Source of the DNA: Gammaproteobacteria bacterium
Lineage (GTDB): Bacteria > Pseudomonadota > Gammaproteobacteria > Ga0077536
Direction: 5' to 3'
NCBI GenBank assembly: GCA_963662545.2
Contig: CAXXLL010000003.1
Coordinates: forward strand, 224,001-288,000
DNA: 64,000 nt
Positions within the stretch are counted from its first letter, which is position 1. Every line of letters begins with the position of its first letter. The position numbers and the translations under genes were made by a program. The notes below the pieces were generated by a model. That model did not search any database. It saw only the letters and a program-made list of their open reading frames with translations, and was not told where the DNA came from. Shown in pieces: positions 20,501-30,594 of the stretch.

Positions 20501-21184
20501 ATGACGAACGTGAATTTTTTCAGAAAAATATCAGAACTGCTGGCGTCTATCCCGTCGGTTAAAACCGTTTACTTTAATTATCTCTACTTTCCGTTCGAAC
20601 TCGCGCTCAAGCTGCCGGTCGAGGTATCGAACAAAGTGAAATTGGTTCGAATGGAGGGCGAAATCAGAATCAACGGTCCGATACACCGGGGGATGATATC
20701 GATCGGTTATGGCAACGTCCCGATCTTCGACAAGGCACGGGCTCGTACTGTTTGGAACGTCATGGGCACGATCGTTTTTAACGGCCCCGCTCAGATTGGG
20801 CATGGATCGAAGATCTCCGTCGATCCTAAAGGAACGCTGACTGTTGGCAAGAATCTAATAATCACAGCCGAAACCACGATCGTCTGCGGGAAAGAAATTA
20901 CGCTCGGCGATGGCGTCCTGATGGCATGGAATATTCAGATCATGGACACTGATTACCACCATATTCACAAGGACGGAGAACTCATCAATCCTGACGCGAC
21001 CATCACCATCGGTAATCACGTCTGGATCAACAGCCGCGCTACTTTATTGAAAGGAACCGTGATCCCCGACGGCTGTGTAATCGCCGCCGCCGCGCTACTC
21101 AACAAAGCTTATACAGAGCCGGAATGCGTCATCGGCGGCGTCCCTGCGCGCGTGCTTACGTCGGGGATAAGCTGGTCGCATTAA
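20501..21184 (+). CDS. Hexapeptide-repeat (LbetaH) O-acyltransferase
   Basis: DTDYH, ITIGNHVWI, GGVPAR. Confidence 0.88.
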   Translation: MTNVNFFRKISELLASIPSVKTVYFNYLYFPFELALKLPVEVSNKVKLVRMEGEIRINGPIHRGMISIGYGNVPIFDKARARTVWNVMGTIVFNGPAQIGHGSKISVDPKGTLTVGKNLIITAETTIVCGKEITLGDGVLMAWNIQIMDTDYHHIHKDGELINPDATITIGNHVWINSRATLLKGTVIPDGCVIAAAALLNKAYTEPECVIGGVPARVLTSGISWSH

Positions 21185-21197
21185 TTGGCCCCGGCCG

Positions 21198-21968
21198 ATG
21201 GACGAGCTCCCTTCCAATCAGCAAATCGTCCCCTTGAACGAGCAGATCCTGCGGGATCACGGCATTCACCTGGCCCACGATGATTTCATCCTCGATTTCG
21301 GCTGTGGATCGGGCCGACATGTATACGAGCATATCGATCACGGCTTCAATAACGTCTTCGGTTATGACGTCCAGAAATACCTCGATCTTCGGAATCCAGC
21401 CGACGAATTTCGCTTCAAATTTGATGAGGCCGATCGCATCACGCATATTCCTTTCCCGGACGATCATTTCGATTTCATATATTCATATTCGGTTTTCGAG
21501 CACGTGCTCGATCAGGAGAAGGCCTTCCGGGAGATCAAGAGAGTCCTTAAACCAGGCGGCGTGAGCCTGCATAATTTCCCGGCCAAATGGCGTCCACTCG
21601 AACCACATCTTTTCGTTCCATTCGGCGGCGCGTTCCGTTCGTACAACTATTACCGGTTTTGGATATCGCTGGGCATCGGAACCAGGCTTGGAGGTGGTTG
21701 TTCGCGCCACGAGTTGACTGAACGATACGCGGAATTCGGCAAAACAGGCCTGTGTTATCCCGAAGGATACGAAATCGACGAGATGCTGGACCGGTGTTTC
21801 GATCGCTACTCTTACGTGACCACGTCGTTCGTACGCTGGTCACCCGGGCGCTCTCGCTATCTCTACCCGCTCATAAAAACGATGCCACCGGTCGAACGCA
21901 TATTCCGATTCCTCCATACGCGCGTGGTCTTGCTGGAAAAAGCACCACTACGCAACGTCCGCAATTGA
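21198..21968 (+). CDS. Class I SAM methyltransferase
   Basis: LDFGCGSG, PFPDDHFD, VFEH, RVLKPGG. Confidence 0.9.
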   Translation: MDELPSNQQIVPLNEQILRDHGIHLAHDDFILDFGCGSGRHVYEHIDHGFNNVFGYDVQKYLDLRNPADEFRFKFDEADRITHIPFPDDHFDFIYSYSVFEHVLDQEKAFREIKRVLKPGGVSLHNFPAKWRPLEPHLFVPFGGAFRSYNYYRFWISLGIGTRLGGGCSRHELTERYAEFGKTGLCYPEGYEIDEMLDRCFDRYSYVTTSFVRWSPGRSRYLYPLIKTMPPVERIFRFLHTRVVLLEKAPLRNVRN

Positions 21969-21986
21969 TGCGGTGAGTCTTGTTCA

Positions 21987-22685
21987 TTGAACGTTTCTGA
22001 CTATAGATACACCTGGGATCGCGCACGGCATGCCTTGTATCGCTACCGCTTGCGCAACGAAATTGAAAGTATTTACGCCGACCTTATCGCGGGGTTGGAC
22101 GAAGCCGCTTTTACTGCGGCACTCCGGCCATTCTGGAACCCTTTTGCCGGGGCGGGCGCGGCAAAATACCTAGCCGTCGAAGTGTGGTTGCGGGAAGCGG
22201 TATTTCGCTATCTGTTATGCACGGCCGGGCTGAAGCAGACTGGCCCGGTTGTCGATCTGGGTAGCGGCACTGGTTACTTTTTATGGGTTTGCCGTGAACA
22301 CGGACACAAGATCCTTGGCATCGATATCGAAGGAGAACCGCTATATGACGCCTGCTGCAGCTTCCTCGGTATCCCGCGTGTCGAGTATCGTATTGAACCA
22401 CATAAAGCGTTAAGCGATACCGGACACGAACTCTGTATGGTCACGGCATTCATGACATGTTTTGATCGCTTTGAAGACGGCCGCCCTTGGGATGTCGATG
22501 CCTGGCGTTTTTTCCTCGCAGACGTTCGGACGCGATTGAAGTCAGACGGTCGGCTCGTGATCAAGTTCAACGCTCAGGCGGATACCGGTGATCTTTATTC
22601 CCCGGACGTGCATCGTGTGTTCGGATCCACGAACGATTACCGCTTTCGGCCGTTTCTAGACTACGCGATACTCACCGCGCGCTAG
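21987..22685 (+). CDS. Class I SAM methyltransferase
   Basis: VDLGSGTG, GID, LKSDGRL. Confidence 0.8.
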   Translation: MNVSDYRYTWDRARHALYRYRLRNEIESIYADLIAGLDEAAFTAALRPFWNPFAGAGAAKYLAVEVWLREAVFRYLLCTAGLKQTGPVVDLGSGTGYFLWVCREHGHKILGIDIEGEPLYDACCSFLGIPRVEYRIEPHKALSDTGHELCMVTAFMTCFDRFEDGRPWDVDAWRFFLADVRTRLKSDGRLVIKFNAQADTGDLYSPDVHRVFGSTNDYRFRPFLDYAILTAR

Positions 22686-22809
22686 TTTCTACGACAACGC
22701 TCTGCACTTCACCGCAGTGCCACGAGCAATGCTCTGGCGGCGCATTTTTTCTTTCGCATGCCTTCGACGACATCGAGATCCGGTCGCCCGGACAGCCGCT
22801 TCAGCTCCG

Positions 22810-23670
22810 TTAAGTCCGATGTTTCCGCTTTAAGCGTTGCACACTCGCACGATAGTAGTTCAGGAAGACCGTTTCCCATTTCACGTATCCTCCATATATT
22901 TTGTTCCAACGTCGAAAGTTCGCCAGATCCGCCTCATAGTCGTTGCCGTATGCGGCGATTGACGCGGCGAAGAGAGCCTGCGCGAATTGATGGAGTTCCA
23001 GATCTAACGCCTGAGTTTGATTGATCGCAGCGACGACTGCCGCGGTCAGATCCGCTCGATGGGCACTCTGCTTGGTGACATTGAAATTTTCGTAGAATGC
23101 GGTCCGCCATCCGAAGTGCTTTTTCCATAGAAGCATAGCGCCGTCAACCTCTTCACTCAGCCCAACAATCGCAAAGCCATTTTCCAGTGTGTGCTTTGCT
23201 TTCTCCAGATCCTCCGCGCCTAATTCGCCGAACGGTTTTTCGTTAACTGCGCCACGATCGCCGCTGAACAGCCTGGTCTGAAAGTTGTCAATTTCTACAG
23301 TCATGCCACTGAGCAGAAATTGTTCGAAACTCGTATTTTCATCAGCCAGGCGACTATACAGATAGTGTCCAGGCGTGGTCCGCGCATATCGGTAGTAAGA
23401 GCGCATTCTGTCGGCGGGATTCCTGAGAAGTGTGACGTATCGGCTCTCACCGGAAATTGCTTCATGAATCCCATAACCGAAATGCCCCGAAATCGCTCGG
23501 GCGCCGAACGTTGCTGCATCGAACTCCTGCAGTTCCTTCAAGCTTGTCTCGGCTCTGCTCCAGGCATATCGAAGGAATAGCGGTTCATACTTACGTCGCA
23601 GCATTCTAGCGACCGTGCTGCCCGCGGCTTTGGGCACATGCAGGAAAATTATGGTTTTGTTTTCAGGCAT
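22810..23670 (-). CDS. Sulfotransferase family 2
   Basis: FLHVPKAAGST, LRNPADRMRSYY. Confidence 0.87.
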   Translation of the reverse strand: MPENKTIIFLHVPKAAGSTVARMLRRKYEPLFLRYAWSRAETSLKELQEFDAATFGARAISGHFGYGIHEAISGESRYVTLLRNPADRMRSYYRYARTTPGHYLYSRLADENTSFEQFLLSGMTVEIDNFQTRLFSGDRGAVNEKPFGELGAEDLEKAKHTLENGFAIVGLSEEVDGAMLLWKKHFGWRTAFYENFNVTKQSAHRADLTAAVVAAINQTQALDLELHQFAQALFAASIAAYGNDYEADLANFRRWNKIYGGYVKWETVFLNYYRASVQRLKRKHRT

Positions 23671-23676
23671 CTACTT

Positions 23677-25148
23677 TTAATTCGCCACCGCCACGCGCGG
23701 CGCGATTCGTTTAACGGTCTCGATGTCGCCGCTGAAGATAAGGACCGGCCAGTCGCCCCCCCCATACATCTTTAAGTGCCTTTCATTGGATACGCCTCCT
23801 AGAGAATAATTCGAGGACGGGATCAGAGAGCGATAGACCTCCGCGGTTACCGCCGCGATCTTCGGCCAGGTGAAACGTTTGCGCGCTTGCGCGGCATTGC
23901 CGATATGGGCGATCTTCTCGTGCGAATTGAGAAACTCGATGATGGTTCTGGAAAGCGCATTGGCTTCGACGGCTTTGAGAATGATGACGTCACGACCGCT
24001 GATCAGTACGCCCGGTCCGAAGGTGTCGATATTCGATATGCTCAGCACGGGATTCCCCGTGAGCATCGCTTCCCTGCCGGCGATGCCTAGCGAATTCTTG
24101 CCGCCGTCCGCCTGACCGAACCACATGGCCTCGAGTTCCGCCAACGCATGGAAGACCGGGACGTGCATGTGTGGCGGTACGCCGGCAAAGATCATCGTGC
24201 CCTCGAGTCCGAGCTGTCTTACCAGATTGACAGGCCGCTGGTCGCAGACGGCGCCGACGACGACCACTACAACCTCCGGGGAGCGAACACATACCGCCGG
24301 CATGGCACGGATCAGATCCGGACGAGACGGTTGCGCAGCGTATGGACGTGACCTAGCGAGAGAATGACGCGGCGCGCGGCGAGGCCGAATTGTTCCACGA
24401 TCCGGCGCTCGACGCCGGCACCGGAGCGATCCGGAAGGCTGCTGCCGTAAGGTACGAAGTGCCCGTCGTCGCGACCGAAGGCTTCGGCGAGATACGCTTG
24501 TATATTCACGCCCGGGTAGATCACGGCGTCCGCGTGCCGTACTGCGGCGTGCCGCAGAAAGCCGCGATCAGCCGAATACAACAGCAGATTGAAAGCGCGA
24601 ATACTGTGCTTGATGACCGTGTGCAGGGTCAAGGCCACGGTCAGACCGAGCGAACGCTTCAATGACATCCCGGCAAACGCCATGTCGAACATATGATTGT
24701 GAAGGTGCAAAAGATCGATGTCATGACGCTTGATGATGGCTTCCATACGACGCAGCTTGGCCGGCCAGAACGTCCAGTTCAGCCACGGGAAATTCATTGC
24801 AATCGACATTCTGGGCAAGCGTGGCACATGCACGCCGTAGATCTCGAAACCGTCCAAGACCTCGTAATCGGGGATCGATGGATCGACCTGCGCCATGATC
24901 ACCACCACATGATGTCCGAGCGATGCCAGCTCGCGCGAAAATCCGAGGATCTGGGTCGCCGAACCGGTCGTAATGCGGTGAACCAGATTGGTGAGCAAGG
25001 CGATCCGGTGCGGCTGGCCCGCCCTTGTCGGCCTGTTCGTTCCCGGCTGCATAAGCGCCGCTGGATCCGGCGCATCGAGCGTATCGGTGGACGTCGCCTG
25101 CGATGCGGGCTTGCGGACCAGGGTCATGATGAGTTCATAACTGGACAT
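23677..25148 (-). pseudogene. Glycosyltransferase family 4, frameshifted near 24310 and degenerate
   Basis: The N-terminal half (GHHVVVI, HLHNH) and C-terminal half (SLGIAGREAMLTGNPV, FTWPKIA) lie in different frames. Confidence 0.75.
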
Positions 25149-25170
25149 GCCGGCACTGAATTCTACAGAA

Positions 25171-25668
25171 TCAGGTGAGGCGTTGTACCGCATCGCTACG
25201 CGCCACGAGCGCAACATGCCGACCCGCGACTTTCAGCAGCAGCGCGACGCGGTCGCGCCCTCTCAGCTCGGCCACGACGGCCTCATAGCCGGCGAGCGCC
25301 CCCTCGATGATCTCCACGCTGTCGCCGGGGACCAGCGCTTTCTGCATCACCTCGCAGACATCTTCAGCGCTGGCATGCGCCTTCAGTTCATCGATCCATG
25401 CATCCGGTACGCGCGCATACGCCGCGCCGAATCTAATCAGGCGCAACACGCCGACGGTCGATCGGATCGGCCCGAAATTGTCCACGTCCGGACTCAGCTG
25501 GACGAATAAGTACCCCGGAAACAGCGGTTCGATGCGCTCGCTGCGCGGGCGGCGCACTCGCAGCCGCGGCAGCCAGGTGAGGTAGCCCTGGCGCTCTAGG
25601 TTCTCGCGCGCGACGGCTTCACGGCGTGCTTTGGTCTGCAGTAGATACCACTCGCGGGACACGCTCAC
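25171..25668 (-). CDS. rfaH: Transcription antiterminator RfaH
   Basis: WYLLQTKARREAVARENLERQGY, EPLFPGYLF, IRSTVGV and KOW motif GDSVEIIEGALAGYEAV. Confidence 0.9.
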   Translation of the reverse strand: MSVSREWYLLQTKARREAVARENLERQGYLTWLPRLRVRRPRSERIEPLFPGYLFVQLSPDVDNFGPIRSTVGVLRLIRFGAAYARVPDAWIDELKAHASAEDVCEVMQKALVPGDSVEIIEGALAGYEAVVAELRGRDRVALLLKVAGRHVALVARSDAVQRLT

Positions 25669-26708
25669 GGCCGGTCTCCCGCGGGTATTGAGAACGAAAA
25701 ATCACGCGCAAACTCGGACAGTGGAGCCGCTCGCTCCAGCACCCGTGCGATGTCGCGTTCCAGCGAAACGGCAACCTCATTCGTAAAATGCAGCGGATCC
25801 CAATAGTTGGTGTCCGCACGCGTCAGTGGAGATATGTGCATAAAATCCAGTACCGCCACATTATCGAAATTCGGCAACAGCGCTGCAAGCCGGCCCTTGC
25901 ACTCCCTCAGATTAGCGACCCTGCCGGCGACATAATGACTGTGCAGCGGTGGAAACAACAGAATGATTCGCGTCGGTGCCGGCGTTTCGTTCAAGACATC
26001 GCGCAAGACATCGAGCAGTGGGTAATCCCACCCGGGTTGTGTCAAGGTGGGCGCGATCTGTACGTCAGCGACCGGGAGCTGCGCGGTCCCGTAAAGACGC
26101 TCCCTGACCACCGCGAGGTCGTAGGATCCGAAATCAGCCGTGAAATCGCGGTACCCGTCGAGACGATATTTTGGCTCGCGCCTGCCTGTCAAAAGCTCCA
26201 ACATCCGCACCGCGTTCTCCAGCGCCTTGTCGTTGAACAGGTACAGCAGGTCGTTCCAGCGATTCTCGTCGTACATCCATTCGGGAAACGCGCGGAACGT
26301 GTATTGCTTAATCGTGTCGGCACGGTTACACCAAGTCTCGTCGATGCCGAATACGAGGTAGCGCGCGTCGGGATGGTGGCGCACAAATACCTCGTGTATC
26401 CGCGTCTGTTCGTAGGCGGTGGCTGAATTCATCGCGAGATTGACAAACCGGGCGTCGAGCAATTGGCCGAGCCGCGCGGGATCGAGCAGGCGCACGGTTG
26501 AGGTCCCGATGATGGCCCCGTCGAAGTCCGGATCGCGTGCCAGCGCCGGGTAGGCAAAGCGTTGATTCGTGCTGACCGGTGCGCGGTTCAACGCAGGCGA
26601 AAACAGCACGTTCTGGTACGGATCGAGAATCAGGATGAAGGCGTATAGACAGACGCCGATCAGCAGGGTGGCGAACAAAACGAAGCGGGTGAACCGCGGC
26701 CAGGCCAT
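25665..26708 (-). CDS. SGNH-like periplasmic partner of the MBOAT acyltransferase
   Basis: N-terminal TM ending LDPY, IGTST block I, WDPLHF (DxxH). Confidence 0.7.
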   Translation of the reverse strand: MAWPRFTRFVLFATLLIGVCLYAFILILDPYQNVLFSPALNRAPVSTNQRFAYPALARDPDFDGAIIGTSTVRLLDPARLGQLLDARFVNLAMNSATAYEQTRIHEVFVRHHPDARYLVFGIDETWCNRADTIKQYTFRAFPEWMYDENRWNDLLYLFNDKALENAVRMLELLTGRREPKYRLDGYRDFTADFGSYDLAVVRERLYGTAQLPVADVQIAPTLTQPGWDYPLLDVLRDVLNETPAPTRIILLFPPLHSHYVAGRVANLRECKGRLAALLPNFDNVAVLDFMHISPLTRADTNYWDPLHFTNEVAVSLERDIARVLERAAPLSEFARDFSFSIPAGDRP

Positions 26709-26765
26709 CGTCTAATTGAATGTCCCGCATGACAGGACGCTTTGTAGTTTAAAACGGAAAGTTTT

Positions 26766-26825
26766 ATTCGCCCGCAAGCGGGTTCCTACCCGGGCAATGC
26801 TGTAGGAGCCCGCGTGCGGGCGAAT
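26766..26825. repeat. Inverted doublet of GTAG-family REP-like palindromes
   Basis: attcgcccgcaagcgggttcctac ... gtaggagcccgcgtgcgggcgaat: two ~24-bp units in inverted orientation, each internally palindromic. Confidence 0.75.
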
Positions 26826-26856
26826 CGAGAGCGGTCTCGTAATTTGAAACACCTGC

Positions 26857-28233
26857 TTAGAACTGGAAGTAAATGAACTCGAGTCCGCGTCCCTGACCGA
26901 CGCGCATGATGGTCGCGATCATCAGCAGAGCGAGCGGTACGGCAACGAGACGGCGGGCGATCCACCTCATGCGAGACAGGTCGAAATTGGTCGGCCCTAG
27001 CAGCGCGAACCCGAGGCCGATTAAAACCAAGCGCCAAGCTTCGGTGTCCGTCTCGCCATCCCCGCCGAAGCCGAGCATGGCCGCGACGAGGTTCATCGCC
27101 ACGCCGAAATCCGCGGCCCGGAACAAGACCCATCCAATCACGACGAAGAACATGGTAATGGCCCAGCCCGCAAACGCCGGCATGCGCCACGGCGTCGCCA
27201 TCCACAGCCGATTGCAGCAAACCGCGAGGCCGTGCAATCCGCCCCAAGCGATGAAGGTCCAGCCGGCGCCGTGCCACAAGCCGCACAACAGCATCGTGAA
27301 CACCGCGACGGCGACCATGCGCGCGGCGCCCTGGCGACTGCCGCCCAGCGGGATGTAGACGTAGTCCCGCAGAAACCGCGACAAGCTCATGTGCCAACGG
27401 CGCCAGAATTCGCGAATGCTCTTTGCGCGATAGGGATTGTCGAAATTAAGCGGCAGGTCGAATGCGAAGATCGCGGCGAGGCCGAGCGCCATGTCGGAAT
27501 AGCTGGAAAAGTCGAAATAGAGTTGCAGCGAATATGCCAGGGCTGCCTGCCATGCGCCGTCAAAGCCGAGCGCGGTGCCGGCCGCCACCATGGAAAAGCC
27601 TGCATCGGCGATCGGCGCGAGTTCGTCGGCGAAAAACACCTTCTTGACCAGGCCCAGGATGAAGAGCACGAGGCCGCGCGCGATGCGTTCGACCCCGCCG
27701 TCACCCAGCGGGCGGGCGTCGAACTGTGGGATCAATTCGTTGTGGCGCACGATGGGTCCGGCTATCAGCTGTGGGAAAAAGCTCACGAAACAGGCGTACT
27801 CCAGCAGGCCGTAGACCGGTGCCTCACCCCGCTTGAGATCTATGAGGTAGGAGATCTGCTGGAAGGTAAAAAAACTGATCCCCAGTGGAAGAATGATGTT
27901 GAACGCCTGGAATTCGATGCCCGCGAAGCTCAGTACGGATTCAGCAAAGAAATTCGTGTACTTGAAGAAACCGAGCAGTGCGAGATTGAAGGCAATGCCG
28001 CCGATCACGATGGCGCCGCGTTCGAACCGCGCGAACGCGCGCGCGACCAGCCAGTTCACGAGGATGGTCGCGACGAGCAAAGGCAGAAAGCGCACGTCCC
28101 ACCAGGCATAGAAAACCAGGGAGCCGGCCAGCAGCACGGCCAGCCGTAGCGATCGACGGCCGGCCACGGCGTAGTAGGCCGTCACCACCAAGGGCAAGAA
28201 TAGGAGAATGAAGAACTGCGATGAAAACAGCAT
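26857..28233 (-). CDS. MBOAT O-acyltransferase, AlgI-like
   Basis: MLFSS, PLGISFFTFQQISY, FPQLIAGPI, FWRRWHMSLS, GLWHGA and C-terminal FIYFQF. Confidence 0.95.
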   Translation of the reverse strand: MLFSSQFFILLFLPLVVTAYYAVAGRRSLRLAVLLAGSLVFYAWWDVRFLPLLVATILVNWLVARAFARFERGAIVIGGIAFNLALLGFFKYTNFFAESVLSFAGIEFQAFNIILPLGISFFTFQQISYLIDLKRGEAPVYGLLEYACFVSFFPQLIAGPIVRHNELIPQFDARPLGDGGVERIARGLVLFILGLVKKVFFADELAPIADAGFSMVAAGTALGFDGAWQAALAYSLQLYFDFSSYSDMALGLAAIFAFDLPLNFDNPYRAKSIREFWRRWHMSLSRFLRDYVYIPLGGSRQGAARMVAVAVFTMLLCGLWHGAGWTFIAWGGLHGLAVCCNRLWMATPWRMPAFAGWAITMFFVVIGWVLFRAADFGVAMNLVAAMLGFGGDGETDTEAWRLVLIGLGFALLGPTNFDLSRMRWIARRLVAVPLALLMIATIMRVGQGRGLEFIYFQF

Positions 28234-28284
28234 GTCAGCGACGATGCAAACCCACGGGCGAAATGCCTAGGCGTCGCACGCCGC

Positions 28285-28872
28285 TCATACCGCGTTTATT
28301 GCAGCCAGGCTCGCTTCGTTAATTTCGTCTTGCTGCACGGCCTCGAGTATCTCACGCAGTGTCGCTGTACGATACACGCCGAAAGTCAGCGCCTGGTAGT
28401 TGCGGAACTGATCGCGCAGGCGCACCAGCGCATCGCCATCGTCGTTGCTCGGCGAGAAATACTCGATGAACGGGATGTCCATCGCATCCCGCGCGTCCTG
28501 TAAAAACATGAAGCAATAGCCGTGCGCGCAGTGATGGTCCGGCGACCTTTCCAGCATCCGCACCGCCCGACTGATGCGGTCGATAAAGATCAGGTCGTCG
28601 TCCGCGCGGAGCTGGCAATATGCCGTGCCGACGTGCCCCACGCCGTCCAGAAACTTGTCGAATAGATGCGTGTCCTCGGCGTACTCGCGGTATCCGACGT
28701 TGAGCCCCTCCCTGTCGCTTGCGCGGCGGTTGAGGTCGCGATTCCCGGGCTGGCTCGAATCGAGCACGTGGATTGGGAAGCCGGCACCCTTGCGTTCAAG
28801 GTAAGCGAGCAGCGACGCGAGTTGCCCCGGACGGTTGTAGGTCGGTATAAGCAGCGTGTATTCCGGCGGCAT
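28285..28872 (-). pseudogene. GT2 glycosyltransferase (TIGR00180-like), apparently C-terminally truncated
   Basis: LLIPTYNRP, VLDSS, ADDDL. Only 195 aa with an abrupt end. Confidence 0.6.
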
Positions 28873-28887
28873 CGCCGTGTTTCGGGA

Positions 28888-29655
28888 TTATCCGACGCGC
28901 TTTAACCATGCGCTGGGCCAACCGGTAATGACCTTGTCGAGTTGGCTTTCGTTGAACGACCAAGACGGGTACTCGAGCACGAACTCCGGATGTAGAGCGG
29001 CAAATTCCCGGGCGGCGGCCGCCGGATTGTCATCCTTCCAGCCGGGCTCCCCGCGCGGCACGTCGTGCAGGACCTCCATGATGCCGTCGGTCGCGACGAT
29101 GTAGGAGCCGGACGTCACGAAGCCATGGTAGGCCTCTAGCTCCCTTGCAACGTGCGCCTTGCTGTGATCGGAATCGAGCACGATCAGCACGATGTCGCTG
29201 GGCTTGATACCCGCGGTCGCCTGCGCGACGACCTCGGGCGCGGTCGAATCGCCTTCCACCAGCGAGATCATCGGCCACAGTTCGTGCGCTTCGATGGCTG
29301 CGCGATTGCGTGGGCGGATCTCGATGTCGACCCCGACGACGCGTCCGACTCCGATCGATTTCATCAGTGAGGCGATGAACACGAGCGATCCGCCGTGCGC
29401 AACCCCCGTCTCGATGACCACGTCCGGCTTCAGCTTATAAACCACCTCCTGCAGCCTGACGAGATCTTCCGGATGCTGAATGATCGGACGGCCCAGCCAC
29501 GTGAACGTGTAGGGATACTTCTGGTTCCAGCTCATCTTGAGCCAGATGTCGGAGATCAGCTCGAACGCCTCCTTGCCGAAAAGGTCCATACTGCGCTCAG
29601 TGCTACCGTCCTTCACGCGCAGGGTTTTAACTTCTGTATCAATGTCTATTTGCAT
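28888..29655 (-). CDS. CmcI/cephalosporin-hydroxylase-family methyltransferase
   Basis: WLGRPIIQHPED, IETGVAHGGS, LDSDHSKAHV. Confidence 0.9.
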   Translation of the reverse strand: MQIDIDTEVKTLRVKDGSTERSMDLFGKEAFELISDIWLKMSWNQKYPYTFTWLGRPIIQHPEDLVRLQEVVYKLKPDVVIETGVAHGGSLVFIASLMKSIGVGRVVGVDIEIRPRNRAAIEAHELWPMISLVEGDSTAPEVVAQATAGIKPSDIVLIVLDSDHSKAHVARELEAYHGFVTSGSYIVATDGIMEVLHDVPRGEPGWKDDNPAAAAREFAALHPEFVLEYPSWSFNESQLDKVITGWPSAWLKRVG

Positions 29656-30584
29656 GGCTTTCCGTCACGACCTGGGAATCCCCGGTTCCTGATTGCATCG
29701 ATCTCGCGCCGTAGACCCTCCCTGAGCGTGTGCCGGGGATGCCATGACAGCGCCACCGTAAGCTTCGAAATATCGGCGACGATGCAGGGCGGCTCCTGAG
29801 TCGGCGCCTTGCGCGCGCCAAACCTGACCAGCCCGTCACCGCGGCCCGTCAACGCGCCGATTTCTTCGATCACATGCCGCACCGCAACGCCCTCGCCCGA
29901 TCCGATGTTGAACGCGCCTTCGCTCGTGACATCCAGCAGTCCCACAAGCGCACGCGCGACGTCTTCGACGTAGATGAAATCGCGCACCTGCAGCCCGTCG
30001 CTGGTCTCGACCTCCTCGCCCGTGAGCAGAGCGCCGGCCACTGCGGGTACCAGCTTTTCGTGTGGCTCGCCCGGGCCATAGATGAAGAATACCCGTCCCC
30101 ATGCCCAGCCCATACCGTATTCCCGTGCGAGCTTCTCCAGCGACCGGCACGCTTCCAGCTTGCAGCGGCCGTACAGCGTCGCGGGTTCCAGCGGCGTTTC
30201 CTCCTCCCGGCAGACGCCGTCCGTCCAGTCGTATTCCGCGCAGGATCCCACGCCGACGATACGTTCTCCGCCCGCCGCTCCGAAGTGTTCGAACAAACAC
30301 CGGCTGGCGCCCATCCATCGATCGTTATCTGCGCTCGTCCAGAATTCATCGGGCGTCGTGTTCCAGGCGGTATGCAGCAGGTAGCTCGCATTCAGTGTTT
30401 CGAACAGCGCCGATGTGCTCCGCGAGTCGAGCAAATCGACTGCGTGCCACTTGACGTCCGTGTTCGAGGTATCGGGTCGGCGGCACAGTGCGTGCACTTC
30501 GAAATCGTGTCTCAGCAGCTCCCACAGACAGTAGCGTCCGATGAAGCCCGTCGCACCGGTCAGGACTACCCGGCGATTGCGCAT
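29646..30584 (-). CDS. NAD-dependent sugar epimerase/4-ketoreductase
   Basis: TGATGFIG, GSCAEY, YGRCK (YxxxK), RDFIYVED. Confidence 0.9.
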   Translation of the reverse strand: MRNRRVVLTGATGFIGRYCLWELLRHDFEVHALCRRPDTSNTDVKWHAVDLLDSRSTSALFETLNASYLLHTAWNTTPDEFWTSADNDRWMGASRCLFEHFGAAGGERIVGVGSCAEYDWTDGVCREEETPLEPATLYGRCKLEACRSLEKLAREYGMGWAWGRVFFIYGPGEPHEKLVPAVAGALLTGEEVETSDGLQVRDFIYVEDVARALVGLLDVTSEGAFNIGSGEGVAVRHVIEEIGALTGRGDGLVRFGARKAPTQEPPCIVADISKLTVALSWHPRHTLREGLRREIDAIRNRGFPGRDGKPCK

Positions 30585-30594
30585 CCGGCCGCCT

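Noticed and set aside
25171-25668. ops/JUMPstart site for RfaH
   Set aside because: No convincing GGCGGTAG ops element seen in the leader regions I inspected. A near match at about 52416 lies inside an IS.
27232-28149. Long antisense ORFs (also 13310-14032, 33567-34376, 35781-36656, 36979-37806, 59966-60658)
   Set aside because: Shadow frames of well-supported genes in GC-rich DNA, with no motifs.
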